Below, in pieces: positions 9,751 to 23,546 of a stretch of 64,000 nucleotides of DNA; the first letter of the stretch is position 1; each line of letters starts with the position of its first letter. The notes under the pieces are model-generated. The model saw nothing but the letters and a program-made list of their open reading frames with translations, was not told the DNA's origin and searched no databases. The stretch is taken from contig JAQFVV010000003.1 of NCBI GenBank assembly GCA_028023455.1, forward strand, positions 7,254,001-7,318,000, in the 5' to 3' direction. The translations under genes were made by a program, and so were the position numbers. This DNA comes from Epiperipatus broadwayi (taxonomy: Eukaryota; Animalia; Onychophora).

Positions 9751-12700
9751 AAACTAAAATGCCATTAAAAAATGATTTAAAAAGCACTAATTAATATGAT
9801 AGGAATATATATATATATCCAACGTAGCAAACTATGTGTGTACTAATAAATAAATATTTGATTGTGAAAAGAAAAAAATATCAGACAGAGGAGAAATAAT
9901 AAAATAAAAAATTTTTAAAGAAACTGTTCACATAATAATGGCAAATAACTCCATAAATCAACTTAATATGATAATTTACAATGTTTGAAAACCATTCCCT
10001 TATTTAAAGATGGAAAAATTAGGAAAACCCTCATAGATAAGTATATAAAGTTTATAGTGATACCAGTTTAGTGATTCAATTCTGGGGTATACTAAACTTA
10101 TTATTGTAAATCTATAAATACAAAATCAACAGTTAGTGTATTTAGAGAGCTAAGTGATATTAGTCTAAATAAAATACATAATTAGTCAAAATGTACTATG
10201 GAAGCCAAGGTATATGTTGTTGATTTTTTTTACAATGTCTGCAACATATATTTAAAAAATAAAATGAGCCAGTAAACATAAATAAAATGATGGCCAATAC
10301 ACATAAATAGATAAATGGAATGAAAAAATAAAGATTTATTCACACATTCTTAACTTCAACAAGCACATGATTTGGATGTGTGTCTTTTTTTTTTTGTCAT
10401 TGGTCATCTCTTTATATTGTAGCAATAATACTATATGTTTAAGCAATCTCTTTTAATCCCTAACTTTCACACACAACAATTCTGATTCCAATATTTTTAT
10501 TTCTTTTTCCTTCTTTCTTTGTTTTTAACTTTTTTATCCCTTGTCTTTTTTTTTCTTCTGCAGTTAGAATAGCCATACTCATTTGTGAATGGCTGGTGAT
10601 GATAAATGAATTTGATAGTATATGTGTGGCATTCTGGTTATTTTTATTAAAACCATCTAATTATGGTAATTAATTATAGTTTTAAATATATTCTGTATTT
10701 CAATATATATTTTATATTCAGCCTTACAGATTACAAAAGATATTCATTTTATACAATTACAATCATAATTTTTCAAATTATGAACAATCTTGTTTTGTCA
10801 TGATTAGTGTATCCAACCATTCTTTGATATAATATAAAAGTCCAGAAGAAATTTCAAATTGTTTATATAATAGTGGCAGACTCCTCAAGTAGTATATAAT
10901 TTTTTTTCAGGTAGATAGCTCTTAACAATCTAGTTATCCATCCAATATTTATCAGTAAAGAAATATCTACATATTATTTTTTGGAAAACAAAATCATGTG
11001 ATATTCAGTAACCAAGGTAATAGACTAAAGATAAACGTTCCATTCAATCTACCAAGAATAGATTTTTAATACTTCATTTGGAATCAATTAAGAGATTTCT
11101 GGGTTTGATCCTGATTCTTGCACCACTAAGAAAAACAGTTCAAGGCAAAATGATTATAATTCATTTGAAAACCAATATGAAAATATCTAAGTCTAGATCT
11201 TGGATGTTTTCAACAGTAAAAAAAATTAAGTGAGATAATTATAATTTATTGGATATACTCTTGAGATCAAGTTATTTATATGCTTGTGGGATCAAATGAC
11301 TTTATGCTTTTGGTGTGTTATAAATAAGAAATCTTATTTTACACTTATATAGAGGATATGCTGTAAAGTAGTTTAACATTCCTGAATGGAATGAAAATCA
11401 ATTGTAATATGATGCAACTTTTATTGCTGATGATAGAAAGATATTATGCATCTTTGAATAGAAATACACCATATTATAATAATTGCTAAGTTTTTTATAC
11501 ATTATGCATATCAAAACATTAAAGTTATTTATAGACTTTTGTATAAATTAAATAATGATTTTTTAATGTTCATTTTATGCAAGCAATCATGTAATCAATG
11601 AACATTCAATGGCAAGGCAAACATATTCCCATGGCCATTTCTTGACTAACAAGCCTTCTAGTAGACCTTCATGTAATGATTAAATTAAAATAGATGAATT
11701 GTTTTGTTTTTGATATACTTTAAGCACAATTGTCTACATTAATCTATTCCTTAAAATATTATTATGAAATGTTAAGAAAGACTTCCCAAAACTTCATGTT
11801 AATATTCCATGTAATTACTAAAATGCTACTTGAAAGTAGTGGTACATCTATCATAAATAGAGTCAGGTATATGAAGAGCCACTAAAAAAAAAGGATTACT
11901 GTTTTTGTAACAAACACTACCAAGATTTTAAAAATGTAGAAAAATTAATATCATATAAAAGATCACTAAGAATTTCAGCTACCAAGTTTCAAATAAGTGA
12001 AGTCATACAACTAATTAAAATTAAATTACAATTTCCTTTTTTAGATAATTATCATTGTTTTTGTAAATTATATAAAATGATTACATAAATTGTATGTTTG
12101 ACTGCCCAAGAGATTGTATGATGTTTGGGAACCAAAGTGATAACATGATTACAATTCAATGAACCAAAAATAGATATTTTACTTTATATGGAAATCAATT
12201 AATTGCCTTTTAGCTTTTAAACCTGAAACTTGCATTAAGAAAAATAGTTTAAAAAATGATTTTAATTCATTTAAAATAAATGCAAAAATCTCTAGGTACT
12301 GAGCTCAATATTATCAGTACTAAAAAAAATTAAACTGAGAACAAAATGATTTTAATTAAAGAAATAATGGAATTATTTCCCGGAAGTTCATAAGAAGTGT
12401 GAACACAGGAAGTGATAGAACTGGAGTGTGATCTATGCTTATTGATTCTAATACCCAGCCATTTACCATTGCATCAAACTATGTAGAACATTTTAAATTT
12501 ATTGAAATGTATTTTGAAGAGAGACTATTCATATCCTAATGCAATATAAGGATTGCCTTTAGTAGGCAATCTGCTTTAAGCCAAAAGAAGATATGTAATA
12601 AAGTAGTTTAACCTTTTCTGAATCACAATAGAACGAACATCAAACTGAACTTCTAATATATACAATGGTCAGATATACAATATAAAAATAATTATTTGTC

Positions 12701-13489
12701 CACAATATTGTTATTAATATATACTTAATATAATAATCAATCTAAATAAAATTGAAACAAACAACTAATTATATTTAAAATTATTTAATTATTAATCTGG
12801 CTTTTATCTCTTATTGAGACCTTTTTGAGATATAAAGTTTTTATACATCACATGACTTATTAACTACATTTACTCCATCTATTAGTATTTCTAAAAACAG
12901 CAACTGTTTCTTAATACTTATTTTTATTAACTGATTACTTATGACTCTGAAGTCTCCAAACTGAACAATCCTCCCAATAATAAGATTACTTTCTAGTAAT
13001 GTTTCTAATGATTATTTGAGAATAAGTTTTATTTTAGTAATCAAAAACAAAAAATGCTTTTACATTAACTGGGACTCTAACAATAAGAAATTGCAAACAC
13101 ACAATTAGATATGAAATGAAATACAATCTGTTATAGATATGAGTAATCTAATACTGCTTCTAAAAGGATATGCAAAAAACGCAGAGAAAGTGGTATAATA
13201 ATTTTGATGAAATACAAAATTTACAAATCCCTGAAACAAGAATAGACTCAATTACAAAATTAAATTTATTTATATTAACATTATAAAAGATTTGCAATTA
13301 TGATAATAAGTTGAGGATACAATGATGACAAAACAATTAAAAAATTCAACATATAACAAAATTACAAAAGTAACAATGAAACAACTACCAATATAATTGA
13401 AAGCATTGCCCTGTATAACTTAGAGCAACCATAGATGAGTCCATGAATTGCAGTTCAATTCTTTTATTTTCACTACTTGAACTTCATAT

Positions 13490-16278
13490 TGTACCAATCG
13501 AAAAAGCACCACCACCTGAATGCAAGTCAAATCCAAACTCAGCTGAACCAAACTGAATTTAAACCCAATTCACCAGATCAGATTAGTAGAAATCTAAATC
13601 CCCAGCACAGTGCTATATGCCAAGAAACTAGCTCAATGGTTGGTGAGGATTAGAGACCCTGAACTGACACTAATATCGGATAATTAATTAACTTAAGATA
13701 CTTTTTTAAATCGAATCATATGTATATGTTCGGGTTGCCAACACAGACAGTGAGCATTAACATTAAAATAATTATTGAATAAGATAATTAAAAAACTAAG
13801 AAACCAAGTGTGTTTAGAAAATATTTAATAATAATAGTTTGTTTTGTTTGAATTTTAAATAATGATTATATTAATTAATTCTAGTCCTTAAACAAAGTTT
13901 ATAATTATAATAAGAGTGGCGGTCCTTATTATATGCCAATGAGTATTACGCAATATTTTGGAATTCTATGTCTATGCCCCCAACAAGAAAATAAAGGCAG
14001 ATAAAGGTATTCAGTTGTAAAAGAAATTATTACTCTAATTTTATACGAAAAAATGTGAGATTTATTCCCACATTCGCAAATCCACTCATGAAGAGCAAAA
14101 CACGTATTTAGGGCATAACTTTAATCTTTATTTGAAAACTTATTTACTTTAAGATAATTGAGAATTTGTTTGACTTTAATTGAAATCACTTCGTCACAAA
14201 TTACGAGCATCAGAGCAGGCTTTACCAGAACAGAGAGGCAACGGTGCTGACGAATTTTAAGCTATAAAATGAAATTGAAAGACAATGGCTGGTCGATGAT
14301 CTAAGTCCTATGGTGGCTTGCATTTCACAAGTCTTACTGCCCTTTAAGGAGAGGTGATTTAAAAGTAGTATGGCGGCTTGTAATTGACAAGTCTTATGCC
14401 CTTTAAGTAGATGTGGAACACGGGAGAGCCAGGTCGAGTCATAACTACGAGCCTTTGGTGTTCCAAATATAACATAAGTGAGGAAGGAAGTGCTTTATTC
14501 CTCAATAATTAAAACATCAGAAATATCATCACCGACAAGCCTGCAAAATGAACGATAGCCCTATGCCAGCATCGTTGAAGATGATGACTTGATAGTCACC
14601 GTTTAAAAAATAAAACCCAATTATAGAATGCTCTACGTGATGACTTAATCAATTTAATTAAAGTCAAATGAGCTTTTAACTAAAACTATTTTAACACATT
14701 ATAAAATTATATTAATCATGCCCCAAATATTGTGCCCTTCCTGAATCTAAATAGCAAGTAACTGAAATTTGAATTAGAATATATTTGATTCCTTTATTGG
14801 CCCTTTTGCAAAAATATTTTAACATTATATATATGAATCAATACATATTGGTAAACATGAAAAAATAGCTGGGGCATAGATTAGAAATGGAGCTAATAAT
14901 TTATTATTAGCCAATTATAAAAATAGCGAATATTTAATAATTTCTTTCGACTCAATAATTGATAGAATGGTAAATCTAGTTCTAATGGGCGAGAATTACT
15001 ATTAGAATTAATATATTATTATTTGCACAAGGCAATGGAAACAAAGGAGATCATCGAGTCGAAAGATTATTGACATATAATTAAAAATAAACGACATTAA
15101 TAAATCATAATATATATATATATAGTATAGTAAATGAACCACCATAGTAATGAAGGAAAGTTAAATTTAAAGACTAGAGATTGAGAGAATTACTAATTTA
15201 AAATAGCATAAATAAAAGGTGTTACACAGAGATTATTACATTAAACAATAAAAAGAGCTCTAAAAGGGAGTGTAAAGTAAAGTTCAAAACTGGCCAGAAA
15301 GTTTAAGGTTTATTATGGAAACATATTACCCATTTCTTCCGGGGCTGATTCTTAGTTTACACATCCGGGTGAGGAAAATGTAGGCATGCATTTGGTCGAT
15401 TACTTGAACAGTATTTTAATGAATTTTCACGATTTTAGCAGCATGATTAGTCTGGAAGAGATTCAGCAGCTTCATTGAAGATTTTTAGGGGACTTCAGGA
15501 ACCATAGCCAGATTCCTGACGTTTAGCCCATTACCATGATAGGAACACTATATGAGTTCATGATTTAAAATTCATAGAATTTACTGCACTTCTCTACAAC
15601 AAAAATGGCTTCTCCCCTCTCCAAACTTTTCAGAGCTATATATACTGTAATTGATGCCTTCGGGCTAGCATTTCTTTCATTATCAATGTGACAAAATTTA
15701 CTGGTTGTTTTTAGATACATTCCTTCAATAAGGCTTTCAAACTCATTAACTTGAATTCATTTTCTAATTAGAAAATGAATTCTTAAAATCAAAAAATGAT
15801 TTTAATTAGGAAATCCTTACATTTTAAATACTTATCTTTTTTCCTAATTAATAAAACTTCAACTATTGTTTTTGGAAAGGAAAATCTGAAAGCTTGCCGA
15901 AAGAATGTAGCTTTTAATCAATAAAACTTTAACAAATTATTTAAAAATAAAATCAAACATTCCCGATGCAATGAAACTTTTGAACAATTATATATATTTA
16001 AATATTTACAAATATATACGCACAATCCATACAGTTGTAATATATATAAATTCATGAATAATTTTATCATGAATTTATTAATAGAATTGATCAATTTAAA
16101 TCTGAAAGAATTAATTTTAATACACATTTATAAAATAAGTTTCCTTTATGGAAATTAGCGTGGATTGAACATATAAAGCCCCATTGCATCGGACATTTAA
16201 GGTTAGTACTAGGGGTTTGAAGTGGGCTTATGGCTAGATGTCATGAAGCTAGGATCGAACTCAGATCTGACTGCTTCA
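13490..16278 (-). repeat. 3' LTR, about 2.79 kb
   Basis: On the minus strand it starts TGAAGCAGTCAGATC and ends GATTGGTACA. Collinear, patchy similarity to the 59404-62142 LTR along its length. Confidence 0.75.
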
Positions 16279-16292
16279 TTTCTTTTCACTTC
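16279..16292 (-). promoter_or_regulatory. Polypurine tract
   Basis: Minus strand gaagtgaaaagaaa immediately precedes the LTR TG. Just upstream lies an integrase-tail-like remnant (PRVYELVE...VSHV). Confidence 0.6.
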
Positions 16293-16562
16293 AAAAAAAA
16301 AACAATGAAAAAAATTCTCTTTACTTACATGTGATACATTCGCATAAGTGTACTCAACTAATTCGTAGACTCTGGGAGAACAGCATGAGCATGAATAATA
16401 GCATCTGTACAAACTACAAAATTATACATGTCTCATTGCAATCATTTTTTAAATATTATCTAGCTTATAAATAGGTCCGTTAATCAAGTCTCATTTTCCC
16501 TATGGTCATGTCAGTCAGTCGTCTGTATATATATATATATGTCTCTTCATTTAATGGTTATA

Positions 16563-17675
16563 CTATTGTCTCCCTGGATCAGGTGGCCCATATGATTTGA
16601 ACTTTTGATAATGGTCGTAGTCTTGGTCTTTTCTAGTTGGTGTCAAGTTCCCATAGTCTATTGCAGTCAAAAAGTCTATGGTCTTTTCTAGTGACATAGG
16701 GCACATCCCAAGCATGATTCTTTGGATCCATGGGGGTAAATGATGCCTGATCATCCGGATGATGTGTTGGTCCTCATATTTGAAGGCTGTGAGGGATTTG
16801 AATGTGGTTACTTGCTGGATGAAGTAGGCTGCATATCCCTGTCTGCAGTTTTCTTGATACTTCTGAGTGTTCAGTCAATGCAAAATGCCCTCCTGCCTTT
16901 CTTCACTCCAATATTTTTTTAAAATGGTGTTTTCATACCCTTGGATCATAGTAGGTGGGTTTTTTAATAGGTTCCACCATGCCTTGGCAGCTTCTCTTAG
17001 GTAATGGCTGGCTAGGATAATCTTTTCCTTCTCTGCTACAGAGTGTAGACAAAAAAATTCTTTAATGCTGTCTATATGATCTATGGGATTTTCTCCTGGG
17101 CTTCCCCTAAAAATTTGAATTTCTACACAAGATATAAGGGATGATCTCTGCAAGTTCCTTAGACTCATTTCGGAGTTTATTGTCCATTCCATTTCTACTT
17201 TTGGTTTTATTTTACTAGTGATCTGAACATCTTCTTTTTCCCTTTCTGTATTTATATCAGTTTCTTCCATCATTTCTTGATTTGACTCATCTTCTCCATT
17301 GTCATCTTCTTTACTATCCACAACTTCTTTTGGTGTGGTCTGATCATCTTCATCTCTTCTTGGAACCTTGTAAGTGTCTATTGCTGTATGATGCTTTACA
17401 ATCTCTGGATTTGGGTTGGTTTGGATGCCTCGTTTTTCCTCGAGCCATAGAATCCTTTCCATCATCATCAGCATTAACTTCCTGTCTTCTCTCATCTCTC
17501 TGAGTATTGTATGCAAAGTCTCTCAATCGTTGTGATCATCTTTAGCTGTCTTTCTGCTTTGATGGTTGCGTTCTTTCCTATTGATCCGATTTTTAAAAGT
17601 GATCTCCCATTCACTGGAGGTGGTTGAAGGCACATCACTATCATCAGTCAATCCTTTATCTAATTGTTCTTCCAT
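16563..17675 (-). pseudogene. gag: Gypsy gag/capsid (Retrotrans_gag/Arc-like) with two in-frame stops
   Basis: ORFs 17523-17708, 16875-17516 and 16563-16754 are one continuous frame. Motifs FRGSPGENPIDHI, LREAAKAWW, LKKYWSEERQ and IRHHLPPWIQ. Confidence 0.8.
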
Positions 17676-20599
17676 CTTTGAAAGTAAATAAATAATATAA
17701 ATAAACAATGTGAATCACAAACTTATGGCACTCTCTGTATACTTAAATAATAACTTTTTTCTTTAGTACATTTAATTAGGTATCTGACTACTGGTCCCAT
17801 TGTCCCTATCTTCATTAGCTGCTGCATATTATTTCCCCAATCTATCTAATCTGCCTTTTTTAGTTTAATTTTAGTTTACCTACATTTTCTTGGTTAGCTC
17901 TTTCTATTAATTCTTTGAATGAGACATGTATTTTATTTTAAAAAAAACTATTAAAGATAAGAAAAACAAACATTACTCACTTTCCCTCTGTTCAACTGTT
18001 CTTCCATGTCTGAAAAAAAAAACTATACAAATGATTAGTGATATACAAATATATATATATATATATATTAGCAGGTAGTACAAGTAATTCTCAGTATTGG
18101 ACACATTTGGTTTTTTATTATTTAGACAACTGACCCACTACTGTGCTGACAATCAAATTTGCTAACAAATTTATTTATATGGGTGCCAGTGAGCAAAATG
18201 AGATCAATAGGGCCTGTGAAATAACCCATTGACCCCCAAACCACATATGATTGACTTAGTTTTTGATAAAACAATTCGATTGATGAATATTTATTATTTA
18301 TTAACAAATGACGCGTTCCTGACCTGAGTTTAAATATAGGAGTTCACTACTTCATTTTTACTAAGCATGAGGCTTTCACACACAAAGAAAAAAATGTCAA
18401 AATTAATATTACACAAGAACTTTTATTTGTTGATATCATTTTTAATCTTGCTAGCATGAAAGCGTGTGAACCATTTAAGCGTTTTGCCAACTGCAGCTGG
18501 CTGCTTGATGTACACAAAAGGTCTTCACCTGCTTTGAGGTTACTCTAGAAATTATTGTCATTAAAGCATGTTGTCACACTGCATCGGACCGCTTGACATA
18601 TAATTCCCAGTTTAAAGGTCTTTGCCTGCTTTGAGGCTACTAAGAATACGGAGCGAGCATTTAATATATGTGCTAGCAAGCAATACTTTGAAATTTAAAC
18701 TTTTAACATCATATCATATTGGATATTTTTACATATATACTGAGATGAACACTAGTTAATTTTGACACAGACAAATGTTTCATTTGTTTAACCCCTTGCT
18801 TTAATCTATAGACTCTTACTTCTTTTCTAACGATAATTTTCCTACTGTCACGAACGCATATAAACAAATATATAATATATATATACTGATATAGTACACG
18901 TATAATTAATTATATATATATATTTAAATAATTATTCTAACTAACAGTACTATTACGGAATTTAACAAACAAATTCTATTACTGACTGAGCATTTAAAAA
19001 ATAATCTTGAAAACATTTAATTGTAAGAAAGAGAATTACAAAATGACATTTTAATTTATTAAATCATTTCGGTTATGCGTTATAAATCACATAACTTTTC
19101 TTCAAATATATATAACATTCTACAAAAATATCACTTTCTACAGAAACATTTAATTTATCGAGATCTCAAATGACTGAGTAACTAACATCGTAATTACTAT
19201 CTACAGGGTGTGTGGGGTTTATTAACCGAAGCTCCAATGATTGGGCAGCCAAAAACAAAACCATGTACTGGTCGAAAAACCACCACCACCTAAACGTACT
19301 GCGTTACTGACATTAACCGATCTTCATGATTATATATATGTGCTTCTTAATCTGGGGGTTATGACAAGTTCGAACCCATAGATTTTTTCTCATATCTCAT
19401 TCGTAGATAGTTGAGCTATCCGGAATCATATTTATTTCTTATAAAATGCCTTTGACGGTGATCCCGTAAGTTTGGCATATGCTATGCATATTCACTTCAT
19501 AGATAAAAGGCCTCTCGCATTGGTTATACCAGCAAAAGTCTGGGCCACGCCATGCCTATCCACTTTTCTCTAAGCACTATCCAAGAAGGGGGTATGAGAT
19601 TTCGTTTTTCATCCAGAAGCATGACCTTTTCCTCTTAGTTATTTTTAGGCTATTATGTCAGCACTGCAAACTTCTTCGTTTTATTATTTCTTTTGCTCAT
19701 GACCCAGTTATAATGCTCTAATATTAAAATTGTGCTCTGCTTAAAATATATATAAAAATGCCAATTACTTCTATTTTATTAATTAAATTTATTTCGGTCT
19801 TCTAGAGTCCCACCATCGTAACTTATTTCTGTATTTAAGAGTATACATGCCTTGGGGAAAATAACGCGTTCGTCTTACTATAGTTAAAATAATTTTTCAT
19901 AAAATATTTTGTCATAGATTCAAATATAATCAAACGTTTTCAAATGTATTTATATGTATAGTGAATCTCAGAATGCTCCCCTAAATCATATGTTAGTCAC
20001 CACGTTTTAGAACCATAATCCAAAGCGTTAATAGCAATATTATGTAATTCTTTGTAATATTCGATTGGCATCTTAATATTGGACCCACCAAAGATGTGTG
20101 CTTATTTACAATGTATCAGTTAGCTAATAAAGAGCATATGAGAAATAATAGCATGAATGACACTATGTAATTATCTACCGCTTGCTCATTCATGCACACA
20201 CTAATGTATATAATTAATTTATAAATGTATAATAATTTGTCAGTATATTAAAATATATTTTATTGTCTAACTTATTTGAGTAGTTCGAATTCCTTTTCTC
20301 CACTTCCACATATTACAGCCATGCTTATCTATTATTTTAAAATAATCATTGTTAATAGATGTCTCATTGTTTTGATCAGCTTTGCTAGTCAGCCGGATTA
20401 AGATTAATTCTCATGTGCCATCACTATTGTTATCCATTAGGTGTTAGATCTGGGGCTTAGAGAATGGGTTCAAATCCAGGCTGGTCCCTGACCTAAATCT
20501 TGGGCTTGACTGGGTTTGAAGTACATTTTGAGAGTTCCAGCTCATGTTAGATGGATAAACATGTTTTGACCGGTACAAAGAATTTTTTTTTCTTGGGCT

Positions 20600-22868
20600 T
20601 TAAACAAAGTTTATAATTATGGCGGTCCTTATTATATGCCAATGAGTATTACACAATATTTTGGAATTCTATGTCTATACCCCCAACAAGAAAATAAAGG
20701 TATTCCATTGTAAAAGAAATTATTACTCTAATTTTATATGAAAAAATGTGATTTATTCTCACATTCGCAAATCCATTCATGAAGAGCAAAACACGTATTT
20801 AGGGCATAAATTTAATCTTTATTTGAAAACTTATTTACTTTAAGATAATTGAGAATTTGTTTGACTTTAATTGAAATCACTTCGTCATGAATTACGAGCA
20901 TCAGAGCGGGCTTTACCCGAACAGAGAGACAACGGTGCTGCTGAATTTTGAGCTATAAAATGAAATTGAAAGACAATGGCTGGTCGATGATCTAAGTCCT
21001 ATGGCAGCTTGCATTTCATAAGTCTTACTGCCCTTTAAGGAGAGGTAATTTAAAAGTAGTATGGCGGCTTGTAATTGACAAGTCTTATGCCCTTTAAGTA
21101 GATGTGGAACACGGGAGACCCAGGCTGAGTCATAACTACGAGCCTTTGGTGTTCCAAATATAACATAAGTGAGGAAGGAAGTGCTTTCTTCCTCTATAAT
21201 TAAAACATCAGAAATATCATCACCGACAAGCCTGCGAAATGAACGATAGCCCTACACCAGCAACGTTGAAGATGATGACTTGATAGTCACCGTTTGAAAA
21301 ATAAAACCCAATTATAGAATGCTCTACGTGATGACTTGATCAAATTAATTAAAGTCAAATGAGCTTTTAACTAAAACTATTTTAACACATTATAAAATTA
21401 TATTAATCATGCCCCAAATATTGTGCCCTTCCTGAATCTAAATAGCAAGTAACTGAAATTTGAATTAGAATATATTTGATTCCTTTATCGGCCCTTTTGC
21501 AAAAATATTTTAACATTATATATATGAATTTTTTAATAAGATTTTAGGATATATTATAAATTATTATTTTTTTTATTTAAAAAAAAAAAAAACAAAAGAG
21601 ACAAAAAAAAATAAAAAAAAAAAAAAAAAAACCCTAACAAAATAAAACAATATATATATATATATATAGTATAGAAAAGCACCCGAAAGAAAGGAAGGTA
21701 AAATTAAAAAAAAGAGAGAGAGAGAATTACTAATTAAAAAAAACAAAAATAAAAGGTGTTACACAGAGATTATTACATTAAACAATAAAAAGAGCTCTAA
21801 AAGGGAGTGTAAAGTAAAGTTCGAAACTGACCAGAAAGTTTAAGGTTTATTATGGAAACATATTACCCATTTCTTCTGGGGCTGATTCTTAGTTTACTCA
21901 TCTGGGTGAGGAAAACATAGGCATGCATTTGGTCGATTACTTGAACAGTATTTTAATGAATTTTCATGATTTTAGCAGCATGATTGGTCTGGAAAAGATT
22001 CAGCAGCTTCATTGAAGATTTTTAGGGACTTCAGGAACCATAGCCAGATTCCTGATGTTTAGCCTCTTACCATAATAGGAACACTATATGAATTCATGAT
22101 TTAAAATGCATAGAGTTTACTGCATTTCTCTACAACAAAGATGGCTTCTCCCATCTCCAAAATTTTTAGAGCTATATATACTGTAATTGATGCCTTTGGG
22201 CTAGTGCTTCTTTCATTATCAATGTGACAAAATTTACTGGTTGTTTTTAGATACATTCCTTCGATAAGGCTTTCAAACTCATTAAATTGAATTATTCATT
22301 TTCTAATTAGAAAATGAATTCTTAAAATCAGAAAATGATTTTAATTAGGAAATCCTTACATTTTAAATACTTATCTTTTTTCCTAATTAATAAAACTTCA
22401 CCTATTGTTTTTGGAAAGAGAAAATATGAAAGCTTGTCGAAAGAATATAGCTTTTACTCAATAAAACTTTAACAAATTATTTAAAAATAAAATCAAACAT
22501 TCCCGACGCAATAAAACTTTAATAAATTATTTAAAAATAAAATCAAACATTCCCGACGCAATGAAACTTTCGAACAATTATATATATTTAAATATTTACA
22601 AATATATATGCCCAATCCACGCAGTTGTAATATATATAAATTCATGAATAATTTTATCATGAATTTATTAATAGAATTGATCAATTTAAATCTGAAAGAA
22701 TTAATTTTAATACACATTTATAAAATAAGTTTCCTTTATGGAAATTAGCATGGATTGAACGTATAAAGCCCCATTGCATCGGAAATTTAAGGTTAGTACT
22801 AGGGGTCTGAAGTGGGCTTATGGCTAGATGTCATGAAGCTAGGATCGAACTCAGATCTGACTGCTTCA
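20600..22868 (-). repeat. 5' LTR lacking about 400 bp of its inner end
   Basis: Direct repeat of 13888-16278. Contains a ~50-bp tandem duplication (about 22461-22560) and an A-rich garbled or deleted stretch (about 21530-21750). Confidence 0.8.
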
Positions 22869-23477
22869 ATATGAATTCCCAAGCAATAAAGCATTCAATT
22901 TCTTTTATTTAAAATAGTTATAAAAATTAACATTATCTGGATAATTATAAATTTGTAAATCTAAATCATGCCTTTATTAACTATTAAATAGTTAAATTTT
23001 TCAGTTATACAATTGCAACTTAATAATAGCTGCTGCTTAATGGTGATTTGCTATATTGAAAATGCTTTTGAATTATGCAAGTAAGATATTTTGCCAGTTT
23101 TTCAATAATACATGTTTAATATCTAAGTTTAAAAATTATTCCTGGTGCTAGTTTCTTTTCAGAGCAGCATTCTCAAATTTAATAAAATTATTATATATTA
23201 TGTATTATATACATAATGTTTTTTTACATTAGTTAGGCAGCATCAGTGTAAGAGTTTATGATAAAGAGAAAAATCTGAAACATTTTATTTTTATTATTTT
23301 GCTTTAATATTATTTTTATAATTCCTTTATAATATTAATGTTATTTCTTTTTATTTTTTTATAAATGTTTAACTAATTGCATTAAAAAAATAATTAATAA
23401 AATATAAATAGTTGCTCAAGCATAAGTATATTATTAAAATAGTATTTCTGAAAAATGAACTTTTAACCCATTTAAGC

Positions 23478-23546
23478 AAACTCTCCATACAGTAGTGCCA
23501 TCCAGTGCAAGCCTTTCACTGGGTGGAACTTCAGTATGGAGAGTTT
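23478..23546. mobile_element. ~70-bp hairpin, miniature relative of the 43991-44252 foldback
   Basis: aaactctccatac...ccatccagtg-caagccttt-cactgggtgg...gtatggagagttt. The left terminus matches aaactctccctacagtagtgccactcagtgcaagcc at 43996. Confidence 0.7.

Larger units (their letters stand above)
13490..22868 (-). mobile_element. Gypsy element with giant LTRs, gag-only internal deletion derivative
   Basis: TG at 13490 and CA at 22868, with ATAT on both flanks (13486-13489, 22869-22872). Direct repeats 13888-16278 and 20600-22868 are about 94-95% identical by eye. A gag-like ORF and a PPT lie in minus orientation. Confidence 0.8.

Noticed and set aside
13917-13925. TGGCGGTCC as the LTR terminus or PBS
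   Set aside because: Similarity between the repeats continues beyond it, and the TSD-supported end is at 13490.
14240-14290. Hammerhead-like CTGACGA-atttta/taaaat-GAAA in the giant LTR
   Set aside because: Position 17 would be G, stem I cannot form, and the sister LTR has CTGCTGA.
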